Shown: positions 54,861 through 64,000 of the stretch, one piece after another
Layout: the number at the start of each line of letters is the position of its first letter
Position numbering within the stretch: position 1 is the first letter of the stretch
DNA from: Eledone cirrhosa
Lineage: Eukaryota
Length of the DNA: 64,000 bases
Direction: 5' to 3'
NCBI GenBank assembly: GCA_964016885.1
Contig: OZ024743.1
Location: 180,420,001 to 180,484,000 of the forward strand
The notes under the pieces: generated by a model
What the model was told of the DNA's origin: nothing
Database searches by the model: none
The model's input: only the letters and a program-made list of their open reading frames with translations
Position numbers and translations under genes: made by a program

Positions 54861-57800
54861 TGTTTGTCTGTCTGTCTGTCTGTCCTTCCCTAAAACTCAA
54901 ATGTAGGTGCTACAGAAATATTACCTTTCCCTTCCTTTCTCCACTTTGGTACAATCAAGAGAAACACTGTCGCTATAGAAACATTACCTTCCCCTCTCCA
55001 CTGACTTTGGTCACTGAGGCCGAGGGAATCGCTGGTTGCTATAGAGACACCTTGCACAAGCCAGAAGTAACCAGTTCGAGGCGGTTCTGACTTGACACCC
55101 TGCCAAGGACCATTTGAAGATATATTTCCATCGTTATATCATAACGTTTATGTATCATAACGTTTATATTTCCGTCACTAATCTATTTTTCTCCTTTTTG
55201 GTTTTAACATATATTTATTTCAAAGATTTCACCGTATAGATAACATATATTTATACATGCATAAAAGACTCACCGAGAGACGGTGAACACGTGGTGCCGA
55301 AAACATTTCTCATCCAAATCTCAACAATATCAGTATATACACTAGATTTGCTAGCAGAAAACCGCCCACAGGGTGGTTTTCTGCTAGTCTATATAAATAA
55401 AACTGAGGATGTCTGTCTGTGTGTGAATTTGAATCCCTAAAACTAGCGAACCACCCAACCGTCTGTTTTCAAACTTTACACATGTAATATTTGTTTCAGG
55501 GAATGTTCTGAGCAAAACAAATTTCAAATTTTCAATGCCCTAGGGATCGCATTACGAGATTTAGCGATCTCTCTCTATAATTCTTAGTCTTTCTCTTTTT
55601 AGATAGATACATACATATAGCGTCGCGCCATTATAATATCTGCCTGTATGTCTGGCTGTCTGCATTGCGTCAATTCCTACAATTCGCTCTGCGTCCAGAA
55701 CGCGCCCTTATAATATCTGTTTGTATGTATGTCTGGCTCTCTGTTGCCTCCGGTTATTAGCCACCCTTGCTCAAGACAAATCTCACAATCATTCCCCAAA
55801 CAGTTGGTAAGTGCACACAACTTCTTCTTCACGTTTTACGTCACAGTGTTGCTTACTTACGTACCACCAGACCCTTACTTCTTTGCCAGCCGTGGTTGTG
55901 GCAATACTAAGCTTAGCTAAGGTGGTTATATATTTCACAATACCTTAGGCCGGGTACCACTGCTAGTCTATATATATAAAACAGAGGATGTCTGTCTGTC
56001 TGTGTAAATCCCTAAAACTCGAGAAGTACCCGACCGATTTTTTTCAAACTTTACACATGCGTGTAATGCGTTATATTTCTTGAAGTGCAATGGGCTAAAG
56101 AAAATTTAACTTTTTTTCCCCTAGGGACTGCATTAGGCGAAAAACCGCATTTTGTAGGCCTTTTTAGGCTTTTTTGAGGCGTAACTTAAAGATAATTGTT
56201 TCTACGTTAGGCACAAGGCCAGCAATTATCAGTGTATTACTGGTACTTTATTTTATCGACCCCGTAAGGATGAAAGATAATAACTTAAAGATAATGCAGC
56301 TGATTTCCTCGAAATTTTCAGCACACATTAGCTAGTCCCTCGCATTGCTGTAGACAAAAACAAATTCCGATTCCATTAATGATTTCTAGGAAATTTACGA
56401 ATTAGCATTGGGCATTATATGCCATTTTCATTTTCAATATAAACGTTACTTAAACATCGTAAGTTTCGTTAAAAATTTGGGTTGTTTAACAAAGGGCACA
56501 ACACTTACTTACTTTTAAGCAGGACCATTTTCGGGGGGATTGAGAAAATGAGGAGGACCTTAAAATTTTTGTCGGTGCCCTGTTGACGCTTCGTGCTTTC
56601 ATCACGCGCAAATCCGGGCCCTGTATACGCTGCCGTGTTATTGACACCGTAAAACTCACGTCTGTGCTACTTCTACTAAGACCCCTTTTGTTGCACCTAC
56701 ACCGCAGTATGAACGCCCTGTGCAAATACGATGAACAGCGGTTGTGCTAATTTCGCGGTGACAACCTTTTGTCGCACATAGACATAACTGATGAAGCATG
56801 TCCGGATGATTGGGTGCGAATCTATAAAACTCAAAAAGTAGCTAACCGGAATGGAAGAAAAATCATACTCTAAGATTTAGTACGCTTAAAGAATATCCAG
56901 CTGATTTTCTTAAGATTTTGCACACGCATGCAGATGTTTGACGATTCGGGCCTGCTGGTGTTCTACGTTTCCAGTAGATGAACAATCATTCCATGAGAAT
57001 AAGGGAATTCAAAAGGGAATTCAAAAGTTGGTAGATCTTTTATAATATATTGTATCTCCAATCTTGGTACTTTTTTAATGATCAGATTTTAAATGACCTC
57101 TCTCTTAAACTGATAGTTTCTACATTGGAACAGATAATATCAAAAACATTTATGGGATGTCACCACAAGAACTTAGAGTTTATTATCTTTCAACGCGCAT
57201 TTTGTAACCTATTTGTGACACAATAGTCAAAGGAGAGAAATATATTGGTTTTCCGTGTGAGACAGGAAACGCCTAACGTCTCTCATAGTGTATTTCGACG
57301 GAAGGATCCTCTTTCTCAAAAGCAGCCTATTTATTCCACACGTGAACTGTTTATACTCCCTAATCGATCGACACGCACCAGATTTAGCTTACTTTATAAT
57401 AAATTAGTCGCCAAGTATAGTTATGTGACCTTTACTTATACAATCATTACCCAGTGCATATATCAACTAAATCACTCACTTACTATCTAAAGATCATTAT
57501 CCAAAGATATGAAAAAGTATTATGTTAAATCGTGGCATTCCATAATCTGACACCCAATGAGGTCCATTGACTATATTCGCTGCATACGTACATGTGTGCC
57601 TCTGTGTGTGTTGGTGAACGTCGTTGATCCTTTTATAAGCGGCAATAATACAAATGTATTATTGTCGCTTTTAAAAGGATTGACAATATCGGTAGAGCCT
57701 CGGATAATATGCTCTGTGGCATAGAGTTACGTCACTTTACCATATGATTTCAAATCATACCAAGGTAAGCTTTGCCTTTCATTGTTACTGGATAAATAAA

Positions 57801-57869
57801 ATAAAATACCAGTAACACACTGGATTCGATTAAATCATCTTCCTCCTCCTTGAAAATTGTTCTGATGGC

Positions 57870-58362
57870 TGTGTTGGTGGTGGTGGCGGTGGTGGTGGTG
57901 GCGGTGGTGGTGGTGGCGGTGGTGGTGGTGGTGGTGGAGGTTCTGATGGCTGTGTTGGTGGTGGTGGCGGTGGTGGTTCTGATGGTGGTGGCGGTGGTGG
58001 CGGTGGTGGTGGTGGTACTGGCGGTGGAGGTTCTGATGGTTGTGTTGGTGGTACTGGCGGTGGTGGTTCTGGCGGTGGTGGTGGTGGTACTGGCGGTGGT
58101 GGTGGTGGTGGTGGTGGTGGTGGTGGTGGTACTGGCGGTGGTGGTGGTGGTGGTGGTGGTGGTACTGGCGGTGGTGGTGGTGGTACTGGCGGTGGTGGTG
58201 GTGGTGGTGGTGGTACTGGCGGTGGTGGTGGTGGTGGTGGTGGTGGTACTGGCGGTGGTGGTGGTGGTACTGGCGGTGGTGGTGGTGGTGGTGGTACTGG
58301 CGGTGGTGGTGGTGGTGGTGGTGGTTCTGATGGCTGTGTTGGTGGTGGTGGTGGTGGTGGTG
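57870..58362. repeat. (GGT)n trinucleotide array with higher-order variants
   Basis: GGT runs interrupted by ACTGGC and TCTGATGGCTGTGTT modules. Confidence 0.9.
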
Positions 58363-58448
58363 ATGTGTCTGAGAACTTCGTCGTGACCAACTTTGCGGTT
58401 TTATTCATGTTAGTCGGTGGTGATCAATCATCGTCACTTAAGACAATA

Positions 58449-58680
58449 TTGTCGTTGTTGTTGTTGTCGTTGTTGTTGTTGTCTTTGTTGTTGTTGTAGT
58501 CATCGTCGTCGTTGTTGTTGTTGTTGTTGTCTTTGTTGTTGTTGTTGTTGTCGTCGTTGTTGTTGTTGTCTTTGTTGTAGTCATCGTCGTCGTTGTTGTT
58601 GTTGTTGTCTTTGTTGTTGTTGTTGTTGTCGTCGTTGTTGTTGTTGTCTTTGTTGTTGTTGTCGTCGTTGTTGTTGTTGC
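58449..58680. repeat. (GTT)n array with a higher-order repeat
   Basis: GTT runs with recurring GTCTTT and GTAGTCATCGTC modules. Confidence 0.9.
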
Positions 58681-58979
58681 ATGTTTTTATAAACTTCTTT
58701 ATTTTCATTATTGTTCCTGTTTCTATTTTGTCATCTTAGTTTAATGTCAGTTTTTTTTTATGAAGGCCTCACTTTTTATAACTTTTGCTGTTTTATTTCA
58801 CATGTAACCAGTTTTAGTGATAACATTTTGTTATTGTTGTTGTTGCTGCTGCTGCTGCTGTTATTATTGTTGTTGTTACAGTTTCCATGGTATTATTGTT
58901 ATCAGTGCTAAAACTCGCCAGTTCTCTTTTTTCCACTTTTGTATCAGTTTTCAGTATTGATGTTTAATGATAAAATAAT

Positions 58980-59660
58980 AATTGTTTCTACGTTTGGCAC
59001 AAGGCCAGCAATTACCCAGTGCATTACTGGTACTTTATTTTATCGACCCCGTAAGGATGAAAGGCAAAGTCAACCTCGAATAGTTTCTGATTTAGTCACA
59101 AGGCCAACCATTTTTGGGGAAGGGAAAGTCGATTAAATTAACCCCAGTAAAATACTGCTACTTTATTTTATCGATCCCAGAAATATGAAAAGCAAAGCTA
59201 ACCTCGGCGGATTTGAACTCAGAACGTAAAGCGCCATAACCCCTTGTCGCAAAGTAACGTACTCGACGCTCTACGATACTACCAAGCTATCACCCTAATG
59301 ATAATATACTAATAGTTGTTTCTACTTTTGGCACAAGGCCAGCAATTATTCCAGTGCATTACTGGTACTTTATTTTATCGACCCCTTAAGGATGAAAGTT
59401 AACCTCGGCGGAATTCTAACTCAGACTGTAAAGGACCTTAACTCTATGCTGCAAAGCATGGCGTCCGACACTCTACCGAAAATGCCAACCCACTGCCTAA
59501 TACTACTACTAATCATGATTTCTAATTTTAGCACAAGGCCAACAATTTATGGGAAGGGGCAAAAGTCGATTGACCCTAGTAAATGGCTGGTACTTTATTT
59601 TATCGATTCCGTAAAGATGAAAGGCAAAGTTATCCTAGACTAGATTTGATCTCAGAACAT
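58980..59660 (-). mobile_element. Cluster of ~4 dominant-family SINEs
   Basis: Repeated CACAAGGCCA.C tails and GATGAAAGGCAAAG cores. Confidence 0.8.
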
Positions 59661-60419
59661 AAAGACAGAGAACAAATAACACAACGCACTTTTCTCCCTA
59701 CTAGAAAACTTTCATTTGTGATCAATGTTTTAATTGATTTTCTCTTCTTTTTACTTGATCTAGACACCACTATTTTCTACTTTATCCTTACACACTGCCC
59801 AACGTTCTGGACCCTCGAATCCAATAAAAGAAATGATCGTTAGTTTAGCATGATTATTAATATTATGTTTTATTTGCAATAAGAACATTTATTAACGTGA
59901 ATGGAAAATAATTCACAAACATATCTGTCAAAAGAGCAACAAGATCGATATTAACTGCACTTGTGACAATAAGATTGTATCATGAATGCAACTAGAAGCA
60001 CAACAACAATTATTACTATAGGAAATATAGTCGAAGGAATAATAAATACAGTGAAAATACCAATCAACAATAATTATAAAAACTCTCATGATAAACAGTA
60101 GTAACAATGAGAGCAATGCTTACTATAGGAGATAGTATGGAACAGTACAACAACGGGAAACATTAACAAATCAACAGCGTAGTGAATGAATGGTCAAAGA
60201 CCACAATAACTGTTGGATTTGGGATATTAATTTTTCACAGAGATGTAAAGCCAAAAGAGTTTGTTTGTTTTGGTTTTTTTAGCGGGACGAAATTTTAATC
60301 AGTGGTTTGTTACGCAGTACATTTCTAGTGCATATTTGATCCAACTTGATATGAGCAAGATATAGCATAAATTAAAATAAGTAACTCACGCGAGACACAT
60401 GAGGCAGCCAAAGAGCTCC

Positions 60420-60680
60420 AATGACCCAAGTCAGTTGCATCTATGAATAAATCGTTTCAACTTTCGTTCTGATTAGCATATCTCTCACTTGGAAGTCGTG
60501 TGACGTGTCCCTACCAAACAAGTCCACGCTTGCACATGTTGTTAGACACACGTTGTTGGTGGGTTGGTTGACGGATTTCTTTGTTAGTGATGAAATCATA
60601 CCACCTGATGGCAAGTATATTCTGTAGGCATTTGGTGTCAAAGTCATCTAATCGTTTCGCATCCATAGAGCGTAAACGTT
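60420..60680 (-). mobile_element. RTE-clade LINE fragment
   Basis: KRLDDFDTKCLQNILAIRWYDFITNKEIRQ.T.Q. Confidence 0.65.
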
Positions 60681-61399
60681 CAATAAAAATAAAATTCTGT
60701 TTCTTACATGAAAATTTAACAAACATGAATAAACTTATGCCAGTAATCAGCTACTGCGTTGGAATGTCCTAACACAATTTATCGGTCCTTGTATTGTCAT
60801 GAGCACATTCTTCAGCTAACATAACGTCTTTAATTCAGCAACTAAAACACCATAATTTTGCACAAGTTTATGGTAAATTGGTAAAAGTCTGTGATTTATG
60901 AATACACTGTTGTCATTTTTGTCATGAAAATTTGGACAATCGTATTATATGCTATAAGATATTATGTCTGCATACAAATGTACCATAATTTATTGACGTT
61001 GCCAGTTCATATGAATACCACATATTTTCTAAATGTCTTAAGTTTTGTGGAGATGCAGATGAAGATCAGCTACGTCACTCTATTATGAGTCCAAGTGAAT
61101 TTGATTCGTAATTCGTTTTGATTAGACTTAGTGTTTTTGTCTACATTCGTCTACAGGGTACTTGAAATCCGTTGATGCCTCTGTTAATTGAGATGGGTTC
61201 AGTTTTAGTATTATTATAATCCCGCCGAGGTTAGCTTTGCTTTTCATCCTTACGGGGTCGAAGTACCAGTAATGCACTGGGGTCGATGTAATTGACTTTT
61301 CCTTCCCCAAAAGATTGTTGGCCTTATGCCTAAATCAGAAACCATTATTACCATATGAAAAGCTCAACTTTATTCTGCTGTAAAGATGATAGGTGTTAG

Positions 61400-62060
61400 C
61401 TGTCCCCAACCATCCGGCACAGAGAACCTTTGTACTTCCAATTAATGATGGTTTCTGTAAGAGTTCTATCTTTATATTTGTTCTAATCTTTTCGAGCCAT
61501 GTTGGTAGTTGGGTACCGTGATACTTCCAAGGACATCAATCATCATTGACCACAACCTCTGTATTTCCCACGTTAATTCATCATAGTTATACTCTTTTTC
61601 ATCTTCTTTCTCTTTTATCCAGTTGTCACCAAGGCATGCAATGTTAATTATCAGACATGTTTGTTTTATTTCCTCTTCACTCAACAATTTCAGGTTTTTC
61701 GATCTGTAACCTGCTGATCAAACTGAATGATTGAGTCCCCCAGATTGTTCGCAGTTTTCATTCTCAATAATTTCTTCAGGGATTTGGCCACACCACATCT
61801 TTGATTTTTCTATACCATAGTTACCACAAAGCTCTCAAGGAATAATCTTTGCAACATTGTCATGTCACCTTTTCTATTCACGCTGTGGCAATTTTGAGCA
61901 TTTACTAAATAATGTGCCACACTGTTTCACCTTTCTCACCAAATTTTCTGTATTTGTCACTCTCAGTTGTTTTATCAATTTCGCACTTCACATAGTCTAC
62001 CCTCAATACTTGTTTTGTGCCGCACATATAAGTGATAATGTTTCCGTCTTCAAGTCAATC
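61400..62060 (-). mobile_element. Old, degenerate R4/Dong-like REL LINE fragment
   Basis: LICAAQ, ETVAHIISKC, HDNVA and CLIINIAC.GD..IKEKEDEK...Y.EL.WEIQRLW remnants. Confidence 0.65.
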
Positions 62061-62310
62061 TTCCGCATCCATAACCATGTTACTTTACGTTCTGAGATCA
62101 AATCACGCCTTTCATCTTTACGGGGTCGATAAAATAAAGTATCAGTAATGCACTGGGGTCGATTTAATCGACTTTCCCCTCCCCCCAACTTACTGGCTTT
62201 GTGTCTATACTATAAATCATTATTATTGATGTTCTTGATGTTACCTTTCTTCTGCCCGAACGGGGTGGAATGCGCCATATACAATTTCTGTTCGTCTCTA
62301 CTTTGACCAT

Positions 62311-62400
<90 letters not shown>

Positions 62401-64000
62401 GGAGGTAGAGATTCAGAGCAACTGTTTTCTAAGACATTAGGATATATTGTTTTATCAGGGGACGTACAATTGTTTATGGCGCTTCTAAATCTCTGTTGTT
62501 TGATATACGTTTTAAACGTGTTCAGATGCAACATAATTGACTGAGATTCTACACTGTAAAATTTATGTTTTACCCACTATTTTATCCTTTTTCTCTTTTA
62601 TTACTGCAGGAGAAATGTTATAGAAAAAAAGTCAGCTATTTCGTATAAACAATACTTTATCCTCGAGAGTGTTATGACAAAATAGTTTGAAATAATTTGA
62701 ACCATGAAATTCGTATTTTAACCGTTAAAAGGATATAAAATAAGAAGGTTTGGTTATGTAACCTAGCATCATAATATAGTATTTCTAGCGAATATGGGCA
62801 TGCATGAACAAATCCCTAACAAAAGATGTGCTAGAATACCACAATGGGGTGTCTTTAAGCAGTATCAGGAAACGTTGTTATCGTTGTTGTTGTTGTTACC
62901 TTTTAAATCGTATTCCAAGGTAAATTAACATGGTATTTTCTATCTCTCTCTTGTAAAGTGTGGCTACTATAGCATCTTCTTACAGATTTAGAATTCAGAG
63001 AGAAACAACGAGAACAAAAACGACATTATTTCCATTGCAGTGTCTTTAAATTTGTTTGTTTGCTTCTTTGTTTGTTTTTGTGTATATTATTTTTCTTATT
63101 GTTTCTTTGTTTATTCCACACGTTGCTGGAAACTTTTTCATTGGTTGTGATGCTGCAGCTGGTGGTGACTACAACGATAATGTAATAGATGAGAAGCAGA
63201 AGGAAGGAAAAGTATTTGGATAACAATTATGATACGGGAGTGAAAGAAAAGTGAGAGGAAGTTAAAGGTGATGATGGTAATGATGATGATGATCAGCATT
63301 GTGTTACTGAGTTCCTTTCATTCTCATTTTCTATTTGCAATATTTATATAATGTTTGTTCCTATTTTTATTTCACTGTTGCTTCCGTCCTCCTCCTACAT
63401 ACATCCCCTACCTTCTCAATTTCTACAGTCATTATTATATCAACCGACGCAGGTCTTGGCAATTTCCTTTCATCTTTTTTCATGCTAATAGGCTCTGGAA
63501 AGAGTTGATGAATTATTTCAATAATGCTGCAAGTTGTCTAGAATGTACAGAAATAAACTGGTCTTATAATCATTCTTTTTGAAGATAAAAGTTTGTCTAA
63601 TATTTATCGAAAACTGTTGGAATCTAGCTGTCAGGAGCACGTTGTGTGGTGCTAAAACTAGGTTTTCAATATTTATGATGATAATCCTCTTCTAATTATG
63701 ATGTTGGGAGTGCAGAGAATGAAATAATAAAAATGTTGATATTAGCGTAGCAAAGTAGAAAGAACTTTTCTTAAATAGATACTAACATACACAGATATAA
63801 ACTTCTATACACAAACATCTAGAAAGGCGAGTCCATCCATGCTTAGGTAGGTATACAGTGGAATATGTGTGACACAGACGTAGATTTGTAACAAGCTATT
63901 TCTACATGTAACTCTAGTACAAAACATGTGAGTGGGTTTAACATACTTATCCACGTAGAACGATGTTTTGCTTTGTTATTTCTCAACGTACTCTTAGGTC

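Larger units (their letters stand above)
53490..56130. mobile_element. Cluster of non-autonomous Helitron-like elements
   Basis: Heads TCTATATA..AAAAC.GAG.ATGTCTGTCTG at 55388, 55967 and (minus) ~54004. Ends CCGGGTACCACTGCTAG and hairpin..CTGCTAG. 53760-54004 is an inverted homologue of 55388-55640. Confidence 0.6.

Noticed and set aside
56782-56830. CTGATGA..GCGAAT motif
   Set aside because: GAAT instead of GAAA, and no stem I complement.

Overview
This is AT-rich, microsatellite-dense eukaryotic DNA made almost entirely of repeats. The SINE families and (TA)n/(CA)n load suggest an octopus or other cephalopod genome (inference). No intact protein-coding gene can be supported. Recognisable elements include fragments of Penelope-like retroelements (PLEs, GIY-YIG endonuclease), a head-to-tail stack of R4/Dong-like REL-endonuclease LINEs in (TAA)n, RTE-clade remnants, a deleted mariner, MITEs, non-autonomous Helitron-like units and many tRNA-derived SINEs. 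The main hidden layer is RNA structure. I read about 20 type I hammerhead ribozyme (HHR) motifs by eye, from roughly 10 unrelated sequence families, most of them just upstream of AATAAA/(TA)n at PLE-type ends. Two families show compensatory base changes between copies. One family has a fixed non-canonical core (CAGAAGA, U4A) in all six copies. There is also a retrozyme-like HHR unit of about 465 bp, and a 260-bp x4 tandem array whose units carry a full tRNA cloverleaf with an odd GGA anticodon on a long extension stem. All folds were derived by hand and none has been tested.
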